A stretch of 64,000 nucleotides of DNA, taken from assembly GCA_963720465.1 (NCBI GenBank), contig OY970393.1, forward strand, positions 608,001 through 672,000, read 5' to 3'. The notes under the pieces were generated by a model that searched no databases, was not told where the DNA came from, and was given only the letters and a program-made list of their open reading frames with translations. This document shows, piece by piece, positions 43,202 through 53,943 of this stretch. This DNA comes from Methanobacteriota archaeon (GTDB lineage Archaea; Halobacteriota; Bog-38; Methanoflorentales; Methanoflorentaceae). A program made the position numbers and the translations under genes. Every line of letters starts with the position of its first letter. The stretch's first letter is position 1.

Positions 43202-44326
43202 ATGAGCGTTGAAGAAGAGCTATTGAAAGCAAAAAAGGAGAAGGATAGTTTAACCAAGCAAAGGCTCATGCAAATCATCAAAACCATCTACGATCAGTTT
43301 GCCAAAGAACAAATTCCGCAGCTTCTGATTCCAACAAGAACGAAATCAAATATCGCATTTAACGAGGAATCAGAGGTTTGGGTTTATGGTGAACGGGAGA
43401 GCGCCAGGAGTTGCAAGACTGTGAGAGGCGCCTATAGCCTCCTCAAGTCGAGTTATACGATTGAATTTCTCAATAAACAGCTCGAGGAGAACCGCTCGTC
43501 AACACTCAGAGAGCTTTACTATATTTCCGAAGGCTGGAAACTAGCAAAGTTCAGAGAGCAGCCTGAGTCAGATAGAATGATCGAGGATCTCGAGATCATA
43601 ACTGAACTCCAACGTGAGAACTTTCACGTTCGGCCCGAAGAGAATGGCGCTACGATTTTCGGTCCCATTCGAATTAAAGAAAACGTTGAGAGACGCGGGC
43701 AAGTATCGGAACGGGTCATCCATTGCATAGATGATGTTGGAGAGGGAGGATATCAGATCCCTTACAACGTCGACAACCTAGATTTTGTCGAGCACGACGC
43801 TAAGTTTATCATCGCTATCGAAACCGGCGGTATGCGCGACAGACTTATTGAAAACGGATTCGACACAGATCACGATGCAATTATCGTGCACCTTAAAGGC
43901 CAGCCAGCGCGAAGCACACGGCGGCTTTTAAAAAGGATGAACGAGCGGCTAAAGCTGCCAGTCGTCGTTTTTACAGACGGGGATCCGTGGTCCTACCGAA
44001 TATTCGCCTCAGTCGCGTACGGGTCGATAAAGAGTGCACACATGTCTGAATACATGGCAACCCCAGCAGCGCAGTTCATCGGCGTACGGCCGAGCGACAT
44101 CGTGAACTACGACTTGCCGACCGATAAGCTGTCTGATCAGGACGTGCGAGCACTCCAATCAGAGCTCACCGATCCACGTTTTGCTACTGATTTCTGGAAG
44201 GACGAGATCAACCTTCAGCTTGAACTGAAGAAGAAGTCTGAACAACAAGCGTTTGCAAGTAGAGGCCTAGACTACGTTACCGATGTATACCTTCCCGAAA
44301 GACTAACCAGTCTCGGGATCATTTGA
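43202..44326 (+). CDS. top6A: DNA topoisomerase VI subunit A
   Basis: [18 protein letters not shown] and FTDGDPW motifs. Confidence 0.96.
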   Translation: MSVEEELLKAKKEKDSLTKQRLMQIIKTIYDQFAKEQIPQLLIPTRTKSNIAFNEESEVWVYGERESARSCKTVRGAYSLLKSSYTIEFLNKQLEENRSSTLRELYYISEGWKLAKFREQPESDRMIEDLEIITELQRENFHVRPEENGATIFGPIRIKENVERRGQVSERVIHCIDDVGEGGYQIPYNVDNLDFVEHDAKFIIAIETGGMRDRLIENGFDTDHDAIIVHLKGQPARSTRRLLKRMNERLKLPVVVFTDGDPWSYRIFASVAYGSIKSAHMSEYMATPAAQFIGVRPSDIVNYDLPTDKLSDQDVRALQSELTDPRFATDFWKDEINLQLELKKKSEQQAFASRGLDYVTDVYLPERLTSLGII

Positions 44327-44437
44327 TTGCCCAGTGACCAGTCGCGCACAAGCTATTTCTGTTCATATGAAAGTCGTGCAGGTGACTATTGGAACGCAAG
44401 CCTCGGTAGCGTCTCTCTGTGGTCGCCACGCAGAAGG

Positions 44438-45658
44438 CTAGTCGGGTTCGCCCCAACCAGCTCCACAAACTTGCCTGCCCCACCCCTTCTTCGCTGTAAT
44501 AGACCCCTCGTTAAAAACAACTTCGCCGCGCACCATCGTGAGCGATGGGAAGACGCCTTCAAAGCCTTCAAAAGGGGTCCAACCACACTTGCTCCTCATC
44601 AAGCTCGGCGTTATCGGTTTCTTGTCTTTGAGATCAACAAGTATGAGATCTGCGTCAAATCCTTCAGCTATTGCTCCTTTGCTCCTTAAATGGAACCTAT
44701 CTGCCGGAGCCGTGGACACCAAGTCAACAAGACGTCCGAGACCAATCTGATCCAGCTTTGAGAGCAGCAACGGAAGCAGAGTTTGAACTCCTGGAACCCC
44801 GGGAGGCGCATTTGGCATTTTTTTGTCTGCAGTTGAATGGGGCGCATGGTCGCTTGCGACCATATCAATATGATCGAGGTGCGACCACAGCTGACCGACG
44901 TCATACCGGCTTCTAAGCGGCGGGTTCATTGTCCCAAACGGGCCAAGTCTTTTGTTATCGAGCTTGGACAGAAAAAGGTGGTGCGGAGTCACTTCACAGG
45001 TGACATCCTGATCGGAGGCCCGCACCAAATCCAGCCCCGCCGCTGTGCTTAGATGGCTGACGTGTATTTTGGCCCTTACCCCCTTATTGCATTCGAAAAC
45101 CGTTGTGATCCCTGCCGCTTCACTCGGGTTTTCGTCAGCGCGTGTTTCGGCATGGACGCACAAGATGGCATCAAGGCGCTTGATAGTTTGCAGCGCGCAA
45201 AATAAGTTCTCACGCGACTCACGTTGAATGAATGCCTCCCCAAAAGCCGTAGCCCCGAGTCGCCAAACGTCTTCGAGCTGCTCCAGCCTGTCGATAGCCG
45301 CGTTGATGCCATAATCAACAACGGATTTTCGTGCCGCGCGCTGCTTCGCGAAATAGGATCTATCATCATATGTGACCGGTTTCGTGTTTGGTTGGTCTAT
45401 TACAGTAGTAACGCCACCTGCAGCGGCCGCGCACGAACCAGAATACCAATCCTCCTTGTACGCCTCGCCCAAATCGCGAAAATGAACGTGCGCATCGATT
45501 GCACCTGGCAGAAGCAATCGGCCGCGTGCATCTATCCCTTGCCCGCCAGCGCGGATGCGTCCGATCTTTGTGATTGTGCCGCTTTCGATAAGTACATCAC
45601 GGACAACGATGTGACTCTTGTGAAAGACTTTTGCATTTCGGATGACTGTGGCGCTCAT
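44438..45658 (-). CDS. pyrC: Dihydroorotase
   Basis: PGAIDAHVHFR, CEVTPHHL, MNPPLR and SDHAPH motifs. Confidence 0.9.
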   Translation of the reverse strand: MSATVIRNAKVFHKSHIVVRDVLIESGTITKIGRIRAGGQGIDARGRLLLPGAIDAHVHFRDLGEAYKEDWYSGSCAAAAGGVTTVIDQPNTKPVTYDDRSYFAKQRAARKSVVDYGINAAIDRLEQLEDVWRLGATAFGEAFIQRESRENLFCALQTIKRLDAILCVHAETRADENPSEAAGITTVFECNKGVRAKIHVSHLSTAAGLDLVRASDQDVTCEVTPHHLFLSKLDNKRLGPFGTMNPPLRSRYDVGQLWSHLDHIDMVASDHAPHSTADKKMPNAPPGVPGVQTLLPLLLSKLDQIGLGRLVDLVSTAPADRFHLRSKGAIAEGFDADLILVDLKDKKPITPSLMRSKCGWTPFEGFEGVFPSLTMVRGEVVFNEGSITAKKGWGRQVCGAGWGEPD

Positions 45659-45664
45659 CGTCCG

Positions 45665-46231
45665 TCACTCAAGACAGCGCTCAACCACCTCGCCACCAGG
45701 ACGAAGCTCGGAAAAGACCTGGCCCTCAAACACAAATATTTCCGCGCTATCGTCTCGAGGAGTCAGGCCTGCCTTGACGTATGTTTGATCCAAAAACTCC
45801 TGGGCCGTCCAGCAATAATCTGTCGCAACTTGAGGCAAAAGCAATCCTTGCTGCAGCCCTTTCTTTACAATAATACCGTGCTTACCGACCACTATGTCAG
45901 AGGGACCGAAAATCCTTACCGGTTTCGACAGCAGCGTTATCTCCATCGTGATCCGTGGTAACTCGTCCGCCCGCACGGGAGGAAATCGATAATCGTGTAA
46001 GGCCGCGCTGATTGCTGAGTCGATCAGGGCTTCCTTTATTGTCCTATCTGGATAGGGGTACCCCACACAGCCCCTCAGGACGCCTGAATGTAGGGTCACA
46101 AAAACGCCGCCGAGTTCCTCAAAAACGGTGGGGAGGCCTTCCGGCGCTTCTATCCGTTCTCCGGAATTTACCGCCATCACGATGGCTTGACGCGCGAGAA
46201 GCATACCCACACGCGCTTCATCCAGATCCAT
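45665..46231 (-). CDS. AMMECR1-domain protein (TIGR00296-like)
   Basis: GVFVTL, LRGCVG, DYRFPP and GLLLPQV motifs. Confidence 0.9.
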   Translation of the reverse strand: MDLDEARVGMLLARQAIVMAVNSGERIEAPEGLPTVFEELGGVFVTLHSGVLRGCVGYPYPDRTIKEALIDSAISAALHDYRFPPVRADELPRITMEITLLSKPVRIFGPSDIVVGKHGIIVKKGLQQGLLLPQVATDYCWTAQEFLDQTYVKAGLTPRDDSAEIFVFEGQVFSELRPGGEVVERCLE

Positions 46232-46283
46232 GCTTCACATGTTAGTGAATACTTATATTACGTTTGCCTTCGAGATAATCAGC

Positions 46284-46575
46284 GGAGAGGGGGTGAGTGG
46301 CTGCCGGTGGAACACGCTGAGGAAAGTCCTCCCACCCTCTGGACGTGTGAGCGGGGAAACTCGCATGGCGAGAGTCATGGCTCTGGCACAGAAACGATAC
46401 GTCCCTGCAAATATGAGTATGAGGTGAAGAACCGACGAGAGCAGGAGTTACGATGGAACGGCGAATCCTCACAGGTGCAAGCTAAAAAGGGTGAATGAGC
46501 AGTCCGGACGACACCCAGGTTAAGCGCTTAGATGAATGCCACTTGAAACAAAAGGAGGCTTACAACCCCTACTCC
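46284..46575 (+). ncRNA. rnpB: RNase P RNA, archaeal type A-like
   Basis: GAGGAAAGTCC, ACAGAAAC and AACAAAAGGAGGCTTAC. P1/P2 end pairing, P8 and P9 GNRA hairpins, P6 TCTGGAC/GTCCGGA. Confidence 0.93.
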
Positions 46576-46680
46576 ACCTTATTATTAAACACTTTTCGGG
46601 CACTCGAGAAAGTTTTATATCAATCTCGCGCAACATATTGCTGCCTTTCAAACTAGAAAACCAAAGGCTTGAGGGAAGAA

Positions 46681-47610
46681 ATGGACTTGAGAGAGCTAGC
46701 AGAAGATATTCGTACTCGTTTTTTGGAACAAGGTGTCACAGTTCCCACTAGCGACATTGAACAGCGGCTGAACAGCCTCGTCTACGATTTCAAAGTGCCA
46801 ATTGAAGAAGCAAGAAGGAGCGTGGTTTCTTATTTTGCCAAACTCCATCCCAAGGAAGGTATCGCTTCCGAAACGGAGGTAATCTACGCAAAAATCGCAG
46901 ACATAAATACCGAAGATAGATGGATCAACCTCCGCGTGCGGGTCGTTCAGCTATGGGAGCCCAATTCACCATCAATAGCACAAGTCGGCCTTCTCGGCGA
47001 CGAGACGGGAACCATCAAGTTTACAAGCTGGTCAAATGCGAACTTGCCCATTCTCAGGGACGGACAAAGCTACTCGATACGTAATGTGGTCACAAAATCG
47101 TGGCAGGGACGTTTCAGCGTTAGCTTGAACAAAACATCCGAAATCGCGCCGCTCGATGAAGAGGTAGCAGTCGGTCGCGCAGAGGAGGAGATCTCTGGTG
47201 CAATTATCGATGTGCAGTCCGGCTCGGGATTAGTAAAAAGGTGTCCGGAGTGCAGTCGAGTCGTGGTTAAGGGGCACTGCGCGGAGCACGGCGAAGTAAC
47301 TGGAGTTTACGATTTGCGCGTCAAGGGTGTGCTCGACAACGGCGAGATCGTGTCAGACGTGCTCTTTAACCGAGAGATGACGGAAAGATTGACTGGAATC
47401 ACGCTGGAGGCAGCTAAAGAAATGGCCATGGAAGCACTCGATCAAAACGTCGCCGCAGACGCGATGAAGGCCGTCGTCATCGGACGCTACTATAGGGTCC
47501 GCGGCAACAAAACCCCGCGATGGCTGCTGATAACAGATTTTGAAGAGCTGCCTAAGATGGACGAGGATGACATTGATGCTGTCCTCAAGAGGGCGCAGGG
47601 GAGACTTTAA
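46681..47610 (+). CDS. Replication protein A (OB folds plus Zn finger)
   Basis: QVGLLGDETGTIKF, GSGLVKRCPEC...C.EHG and DLRVKGVLDNG motifs. Confidence 0.88.
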   Translation: MDLRELAEDIRTRFLEQGVTVPTSDIEQRLNSLVYDFKVPIEEARRSVVSYFAKLHPKEGIASETEVIYAKIADINTEDRWINLRVRVVQLWEPNSPSIAQVGLLGDETGTIKFTSWSNANLPILRDGQSYSIRNVVTKSWQGRFSVSLNKTSEIAPLDEEVAVGRAEEEISGAIIDVQSGSGLVKRCPECSRVVVKGHCAEHGEVTGVYDLRVKGVLDNGEIVSDVLFNREMTERLTGITLEAAKEMAMEALDQNVAADAMKAVVIGRYYRVRGNKTPRWLLITDFEELPKMDEDDIDAVLKRAQGRL

Positions 47611-48182
47611 TGTCATTGAGACAACGGGAGGTAGCACGACGCCTCTATGCGAAAGAGCTTAATGAGTCGACGCTCGTCTACAAGGAACACGAAGACACCT
47701 ACGCGCCACAGTATCTTTTGACCCCAACAGGCGCCAAATGTAATCGGGTTTTTGTCGTCGGTACACTTACCGAAAAGGAAAACGTTGGCGTTGATTCTGA
47801 CTACTGGCGCGCTCGACTGGCCGATCCGACAGGCGTTTTTCCCATATACGCCGGACAGTACCAACAACAGGCAGTCACCCAGCTGAGCGCAATAGAAGTA
47901 CCTGCGTTCGTGGCTGTCGTAGGCAAGCTGAACGTATTTCGCACTAACGACGGTCCGGTCAAGGTATCCATACGCCCTGAATTCATCAACGTTGTCGATT
48001 CCGAAACACGAAACAGATGGGTTTTAGAAACTGCCGAGAAAACCCTTGAGCGGATAGAACGGTTGCAACTCAACAACGACGACGCCGCAAAAGTCCGCGA
48101 TTACTATGGCACAGATACAAGCCTTTACGTGGAGATCGTTATCGAGGCTCTTAAAGCACTTAAAAAAGAGTACGAGACGTGA
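47610..48182 (+). CDS. RPA-associated OB-fold protein
   Basis: REVARRLYA, LLTPTGAKCNRVFVVG, DPTG.F.IYAGQY and SIRPE motifs. Confidence 0.85.
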   Translation: MSLRQREVARRLYAKELNESTLVYKEHEDTYAPQYLLTPTGAKCNRVFVVGTLTEKENVGVDSDYWRARLADPTGVFPIYAGQYQQQAVTQLSAIEVPAFVAVVGKLNVFRTNDGPVKVSIRPEFINVVDSETRNRWVLETAEKTLERIERLQLNNDDAAKVRDYYGTDTSLYVEIVIEALKALKKEYET

Positions 48183-48242
48183 GCACAATCGGTCGGACAG
48201 GTCGGAAGTCGACGTCATCGCGCCCCCAATCGGAGTCTAACA

Positions 48243-49043
48243 ATGCTATATGGTGTCTCTTCAGCGATTGAGCTTGACGTTGAAGAATTTATCGTAAGCG
48301 CCGCTACGACCTTTAATGCTATCGAGCTAGTTTCTGAGTTTCCCCACGTCCACTATAGCACGCCTAACGTGAGCCTGCTTTCTGAGCTTAAGCGGAGCTA
48401 CGGTCTCACGTATACGATGCACGCACCTTTCTGCAGCGTAAATCTTGCTAGCATTAATCCCAAGCTTCGTAACGCGTCGCTTAACGAAATACTCAACTCG
48501 ATCACGTACGCACGCGAACTCGGCTGCGAATTAGTCGTGGTTCACCCTGGTATCGTCAGCCATCCAAGAAGCTTGCAAAAATTCGAGCGAATTTCAAAGG
48601 AAAATCAACGCGACTCTTTTTTACGCATATGTGAGAAAGCAGAGGGCGAAAAAATTCTTGTCTGCATAGAAAATATGCCGCGGTTCCCGCCCGCTTTTAA
48701 AGAAACCTGGACTGGCGACGCTCTCGTAGAAATCGTCGACGAACTGAGATCGAGGTTCTTGCAGGTTGCCCTAGATGTGGGCCACTGTAACACCACCGAC
48801 GTTCCTATACCACAAATGATTCATAAATTCGGCGCGCGAATCAAACACGTGCACATCCACGATAACGATGGGTTTCGAGAAACGCACGCAGTTGTTGGGC
48901 AAGGATCGGTTCCGTGGCGAGCTGTCATTGAGGCACTAAACAAAATAGGATATGACGGGCTCCTAATAGACGAACATCGAACGATTGAAGGACAAAAGCG
49001 CGGAAGAGACTATCTAGAACCAATCATCCAGTCTTTCTGCTAG
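48243..49043 (+). CDS. Sugar phosphate isomerase/AP-endonuclease-2 TIM-barrel protein
   Basis: MHAPF..NLAS, VHPG, IENM, LDVGH and HVHIHDN motifs. Confidence 0.85.
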   Translation: MLYGVSSAIELDVEEFIVSAATTFNAIELVSEFPHVHYSTPNVSLLSELKRSYGLTYTMHAPFCSVNLASINPKLRNASLNEILNSITYARELGCELVVVHPGIVSHPRSLQKFERISKENQRDSFLRICEKAEGEKILVCIENMPRFPPAFKETWTGDALVEIVDELRSRFLQVALDVGHCNTTDVPIPQMIHKFGARIKHVHIHDNDGFRETHAVVGQGSVPWRAVIEALNKIGYDGLLIDEHRTIEGQKRGRDYLEPIIQSFC

Positions 49044-50091
49044 ATGATGGCGCGCTGTTCGCGTGTTCTTTAAGGAACGATATTGCCTTTTCGATTGGTA
49101 GGCCCTTCTTTTTTGCCCCGATGTTTGCTATAGAGGCAATATCGACGCCCGAACTAAGTTCTATATATCCAAGACGCTGTGCTAGTTTCAAAAAACCTTC
49201 CCCGACATCGGTTCGCACAATTACAACCGTGTGTCCAGGCGAGGCGCCAACGCTTCCAAACGACAAATCGGCGTCTTCGCTGGTAAAGTCCACACAGTGC
49301 TCGCACCCAGGTCTCTTTGACGTGCGTAATCCTTTTAGAGGCAACTCGAGCGTAGTATCATCTCTCAGTTTCACGATGAACTTTCCTTTGACATCGAAAC
49401 CGCTTATCTCCCACGGCTTGATTCCGTGGCCAATTCGCAACTCTTCGAGAAGACTATCCGTAAATATTTCTGTGCAAAACAGCCCGAGCGAAACTCGAAT
49501 TGCGTTCTTGTATATTGACAAGACGTCGACGTTCGATTGCCGAATCCTTCTGACCGCACTCGTTACGCAAGGCGTCCCGACTATAGCAATCTTGTGCAGC
49601 TGTCTGTCTGCTATGGCTTCTCTGAGTGCCTTCAAAATAGGCGCCCACACGTATCTTGATCCTGCCGCCCCAAGAACCGCGTCCCGCGTTTGAACGAATG
49701 CGGGCTGGGCTGCTTGGCTCCATTTATCTACGCCCATCACGATCGCGCCATCAATCGAATTCGATTCGAAAGCGGCTGCGAGTACGGAGCTGACTACTCC
49801 GCCTGATTGGGCGCCAGAAACGCGAATCTTGGATTTTGATTCGTATATAGATATAATATTACCAAAACCTTCAGAGCAGGTTTCATCAGCTCTCGGACAA
49901 GCATAATAACAAGCCGCGCAAGGAACATCATCACGCGTCACTTTGCAATAGTCATTCGACTTCGGATGGCTAGGCTCCTCGTCAAAATAAAGGGCTTCTG
50001 TCGGGCATACGCCAACACACGCTCCGCATCCGCAGCATTTTTCCGTATCCCAGACTTTCCGTTTCAAGTCTTTGTATGAGAGAAGGTCCAT
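49024..50091 (-). CDS. FrhB/FdhB-family F420-binding subunit with ferredoxin domain
   Basis: CCGCGACVGVCP, AQSGGVVS, AGSRY, VGTPC, GLFC and CEHCVDFTSEDADLSFG motifs. Confidence 0.87.
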   Translation of the reverse strand: MDLLSYKDLKRKVWDTEKCCGCGACVGVCPTEALYFDEEPSHPKSNDYCKVTRDDVPCAACYYACPRADETCSEGFGNIISIYESKSKIRVSGAQSGGVVSSVLAAAFESNSIDGAIVMGVDKWSQAAQPAFVQTRDAVLGAAGSRYVWAPILKALREAIADRQLHKIAIVGTPCVTSAVRRIRQSNVDVLSIYKNAIRVSLGLFCTEIFTDSLLEELRIGHGIKPWEISGFDVKGKFIVKLRDDTTLELPLKGLRTSKRPGCEHCVDFTSEDADLSFGSVGASPGHTVVIVRTDVGEGFLKLAQRLGYIELSSGVDIASIANIGAKKKGLPIEKAISFLKEHANSAPSSSRKTG

Positions 50092-50105
50092 CTCGCCTCC
50101 GCAAC

Positions 50106-50846
50106 TTATTCACAGGTATACAATGCGGCGTATGGCCTATGAGACAGTGGGGCAATCTTCGTGAATTCAGCGTCAAGAATGCCCTCGCGGTCAAGGCCAA
50201 AAACCTGACGGTCCTCCTTGAGAACTTTTTTAATAGTGATTTCGTCGTCTGCAGTCAGCCGAAATTGCGACGCGCCGTTGCCGAGCTTGCTCTCGTCGAC
50301 GTTGCCCCTAACGTAAATAGCGCCGCCGTGTTGTCCTGTCGCTATCCAATCGCCTAAAATCTCAGCTTTTTTGGTCCTGTTATAAATTCCCAAAACAATG
50401 ATTATGCCGCCCGCCATGTACTCTCCGAGAAAGTCACCAGCACGTCCACCGGCGACGATTATGGGCACGTTGGACTTGTAAGTCTTCATATGTATGCCGA
50501 CTCTGTAGCCGACGTCGCCGCGGACAAAGATTTTGCCCCCTCTCATACTGTGACCCAAAATGTCTCGCCCGTCCCCGTGTATGATAATCTTCCCGGAACT
50601 CATGGTGTTTCCGACGCCGTCTTGAGCGTTACCAAAGACGGTTACCGTTGGACCGTCCATAAACATTCCCAAATCGTTTCCAGGGGTGCCGTAGATATCG
50701 ATGTTGAGCTTGCCTTTGAGGCAGTCAGCAATAAACCTTTGGCCGTTTACGTCCTCAAGCGTCAACTCAGCTACGCCAGCCTGAACCGCCTGGAAGATCT
50801 CCTCATTGAGCTCCTTGTAATGCTTATAATTAGCTACTATGCGCAT
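50106..50846 (-). CDS. Glutamate synthase GXGXG (domain 3) subunit
   Basis: GQRFI, GTPGNDLG, GNAQD, GYRVGIHMK and GEYMAGG motifs. Confidence 0.88.
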   Translation of the reverse strand: MRIVANYKHYKELNEEIFQAVQAGVAELTLEDVNGQRFIADCLKGKLNIDIYGTPGNDLGMFMDGPTVTVFGNAQDGVGNTMSSGKIIIHGDGRDILGHSMRGGKIFVRGDVGYRVGIHMKTYKSNVPIIVAGGRAGDFLGEYMAGGIIIVLGIYNRTKKAEILGDWIATGQHGGAIYVRGNVDESKLGNGASQFRLTADDEITIKKVLKEDRQVFGLDREGILDAEFTKIAPLSHRPYAALYTCE

Positions 50847-50854
50847 GAGATTAC

Positions 50855-52357
50855 TTAGCTGCCTGCCGGTTGGACGCCGAGTATTTCCAAAGTGGTGTGA
50901 TCCAGACCATAGCCCCTGAGCCTGTCGCGATTTCCTCTCAGACTTTCGATTGAGTTTATTCCCGCTGCGCCTAGGATCTCTTTCAGCTCAATCGACCAAG
51001 CCAATAGCAAGTTCGACACACGCTGGGCACCTACAACGGGATCGAGTCGCGACCTCAGTCTCGGATCTTGCGTAGCTATCCCCCAAGCACATTTACCGGT
51101 ATAGCATCGCTTACACACAGTGCAGCCGAGCGCGATGAGGGCAGCAGTGCCTATCTTCACAGCGTCAGCGCCAAGAGCTATCGCCTTTGCGACGTCGCCG
51201 CTGTTCCGAATAGTGCCACTAGCAATTATGCTTGTTTCATTCCGTATACCTTCTTCGCGTAATCGCTGATCCACACTCGCAAGTGCCAGTTCGATGGGAA
51301 TTCCGACGTTATCTCGAATGACCTTGGGAGTGGCACCTGTGCCTGCTCGAAATCCGTCGATTACGATGGCATCCGCGCCTGCGCGACAGATACCACTAGA
51401 GATTGCAGCAACGTTATGAACAGCAGCTATCTTAACTAAGACGGGTTTCTTGTATCGTGTGGCTTCCTTTAGGGAGTTTACGAGTTGGGCGAGGTCCTCT
51501 ATCGAGTAGATGTCGTGGTGCGGGGCCGGACTTATAGCATCTGCTCCTATCGGGATCATTCGCGTTTCGGATATTTCATCTGTTATTTTAGTACCCGGCA
51601 AGTGACCACCAATCCCCGGTTTTGCGCCTTGACCGATCTTGATTTCAACGCCGGCCCCGGCTTCGAGGTAGGCCGGGTGAACGCCAAACCTTCCGCTAGC
51701 AACTTGCACAATGATGTGGTCTGCATACGGGTAGAGCTTCTTATGAAGGCCCCCCTCTCCCGAACCCATAGTTGTACCGCGCATTACCGCAGCACGTGCT
51801 AGCGCCTCGTGTGCTTCAACACTAATAGCTCCGTAGGACATTTGGGCTATCATAATTGGAATCTCAAGCTTAAGCGCTGGCGAAAGCTCGGTCTTAAGTC
51901 TGAGACTATCACCTAGCCCTTCAAGCTCGACTAATCGAGGCTTTCGACCTATATAAGTTCGAAGTTCGATTGGCTCCCGCAAAGGGTCGATTGCGGGGTT
52001 TGTTACCTGACAGGCATCAAGAAGCAGATTGTCGAAGATGACGCGTTCGTGAAGTTCGTTCCCAGTGCTAGCCAGGAGTATAGCACCTGTTTTCGACTGC
52101 GTGAATACGTCCCTCCGAGCGTTCTCGGTCCAAATTGGGTGGGCGCTCATGACCGAGGGCGTTCGGCGAAGCGCTATGGCATCCTCAGGGCACATACTTA
52201 CGCATCTCTGGCACGCAACGCACCGATCGTCAAATGTCTTGACTTTGTTATCCCGCCATTCTAGTGCGCCGAACGAGCAGTTCTCGATGCACCTTTTGCA
52301 CAGCCTGCACGCTTGCCTGTCAATGCTCACCCTGAACTCGGGAACGGAACTATACAT
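50855..52357 (-). CDS. Glutamate synthase FMN-binding subunit with 2x[4Fe-4S] domain
   Basis: Two CxxCxxCxxxC motifs, MSYGA, QVASGRFGV, KIGQGAKPGIGGHLPG and CxxCxxCxxxxC. Confidence 0.92.
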   Translation of the reverse strand: MYSSVPEFRVSIDRQACRLCKRCIENCSFGALEWRDNKVKTFDDRCVACQRCVSMCPEDAIALRRTPSVMSAHPIWTENARRDVFTQSKTGAILLASTGNELHERVIFDNLLLDACQVTNPAIDPLREPIELRTYIGRKPRLVELEGLGDSLRLKTELSPALKLEIPIMIAQMSYGAISVEAHEALARAAVMRGTTMGSGEGGLHKKLYPYADHIIVQVASGRFGVHPAYLEAGAGVEIKIGQGAKPGIGGHLPGTKITDEISETRMIPIGADAISPAPHHDIYSIEDLAQLVNSLKEATRYKKPVLVKIAAVHNVAAISSGICRAGADAIVIDGFRAGTGATPKVIRDNVGIPIELALASVDQRLREEGIRNETSIIASGTIRNSGDVAKAIALGADAVKIGTAALIALGCTVCKRCYTGKCAWGIATQDPRLRSRLDPVVGAQRVSNLLLAWSIELKEILGAAGINSIESLRGNRDRLRGYGLDHTTLEILGVQPAGS

Positions 52358-53417
52358 CTCCATCCACCATCGCGATTGTCGGCTCTCCCGCGCGTGGCGC
52401 CCACACGTTGTCTGGATTCTTGCAGACAGCCTTGATCGCACTCTCCTCGCTCGCCATGAACGTCGTGCCATTTTTTCGAGCACAGATGAGTGGCCGCAAC
52501 TTGATTCGGTCCGAGAGTCCCACCATAGTACCATTGCCTGCAATTCCGGTGAGTCCTGAACCATTTGCAATGACAATGCCAAACGGTCCGTTGACCATTG
52601 CAGGACCGTAGGTTATTCTCAGCGCCTCTATGATCCGCCTCTTCTCAGGCGGCATTCGCTCGATCTGTTGCCAGAACGGAGGAGCTAGTACCTCGGATGC
52701 GAGTTCGATGGGCAACTTGTGTCTCCTGATCAAAAGATCCCACAAGTAAGCCAAAACTTCAGAATCTGTAAAATAGCTGCACTTATACCCGTACGACTCA
52801 AGGAACCGTTTGTTAGTTCCGTAGCTGGTAATCTCTCCGTTATGCACAATGCTGTAATCTAAGATGCTAAATGGATGTGCCCCGCCCCACCAACCGCGCG
52901 TGTTTGTAGGGTATCTCCCGTGAGCCAACCACATATAGGCCTTGTAGTTCTCAAGCTTGTACAGCTTTGCTACTTCGTCCGGGTAGCCAGTGGCTTTGAA
53001 AACGCCCATGTTCTTGCCACTCGAGATGACTAACGCGCCGCCTGTATTGTTAATCTTCATCGCAAGATCAATGATATAATTGTCTGCATCGCTAGTGTAC
53101 CGTTCAGGCACGTCAACAAAGAAGCGCCAGGGGATGTAATCTTGTGATATACGTTCCACGTTGCGCGTTTCAATTTCTTCGTCTTTATAAATATTGACGT
53201 AGTCCTTAAGCATCTCAGCTACTTGATCTTTCAGTTCAAAATCCTTCAGAAGGATATGTAGGGCGTAGTAGTCTTTGTATTCCGGGTATAATCCATAAGC
53301 TGCGAATCCTCCTCCTAGTCCATTGCATCGTTCATTCATCAAGCTAATTCCCTCGACAATGTATTTTGCAGAAAGAAGCTTGCGGTCTTCATTTACGATG
53401 CCTAATATGCTACACAA
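52350..53417 (-). CDS. Glutamate synthase glutamine amidotransferase (Ntn) subunit
   Basis: TTG start yields an N-terminal Cys. HGRYPTN, GAHPF, VHNGE, TDSE and DRIKLRP motifs. Confidence 0.9.
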   Translation of the reverse strand: MCSILGIVNEDRKLLSAKYIVEGISLMNERCNGLGGGFAAYGLYPEYKDYYALHILLKDFELKDQVAEMLKDYVNIYKDEEIETRNVERISQDYIPWRFFVDVPERYTSDADNYIIDLAMKINNTGGALVISSGKNMGVFKATGYPDEVAKLYKLENYKAYMWLAHGRYPTNTRGWWGGAHPFSILDYSIVHNGEITSYGTNKRFLESYGYKCSYFTDSEVLAYLWDLLIRRHKLPIELASEVLAPPFWQQIERMPPEKRRIIEALRITYGPAMVNGPFGIVIANGSGLTGIAGNGTMVGLSDRIKLRPLICARKNGTTFMASEESAIKAVCKNPDNVWAPRAGEPTIAMVDGDV

Positions 53418-53594
53418 GTTTACTACCACCCCGTTTTTTTATTTTTTTAATTTTTATAAAATTTTTGTGTTGTCAACGTCTACTATAACAGCCAGAGAGA
53501 GACTTTCATCACTAGTGAATCTATTTGACTTGCAAAATTGTTTTAGGAGCGCGTCCCTTCCTCCTTCAGCTCTGCCAGTGGAGAATAGGGTTTT

Positions 53595-53608
53595 GGAAAC
53601 ACGGTTCC
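53595..53608. promoter_or_regulatory. NrpR operator GGAA-N6-TTCC
   Basis: GGAAACACGGTTCC lies just downstream (minus strand) of TATATATA at about 53618-53625 and upstream of the glutamate synthase genes. Confidence 0.8.
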
Positions 53609-53943
53609 TATGATTCATATATATACCTATTGTAAAATATAATTTATGTATGCAGCGCTGAAGACGACAATCGAGTACTACCCAAAAATAGCTTTTTTAC
53701 CGCAAAAAATCTGAATAAACAAGAGCATGCGGGACATCTTGCCGTTCTTTAACTTGCAAGATAGACAGCGAAGAAATGCTTCAGCTTTTGCGGAGCTCGG
53801 ATTTGTAGACTAAGCACACCTCGAGCGCTAGTTTAAACGAGTTGGCGGCTCGACCCGCACCAGTCTCGGCGCCTTTCACAGGTGAGCTTTTTTATGTGAA
53901 GGCTACTTTCTACTAGTTAACACGCAATACCTTAAGGGATCCT

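Noticed and set aside
46187-46498. ORFs of 65-103 aa over this interval
   Set aside because: They overlap the RNase P RNA gene.
52358-52582. Long N-terminal extension of the glutamate synthase FMN subunit ORF
   Set aside because: Overlaps the amidotransferase gene. The real start is ATG 52357.
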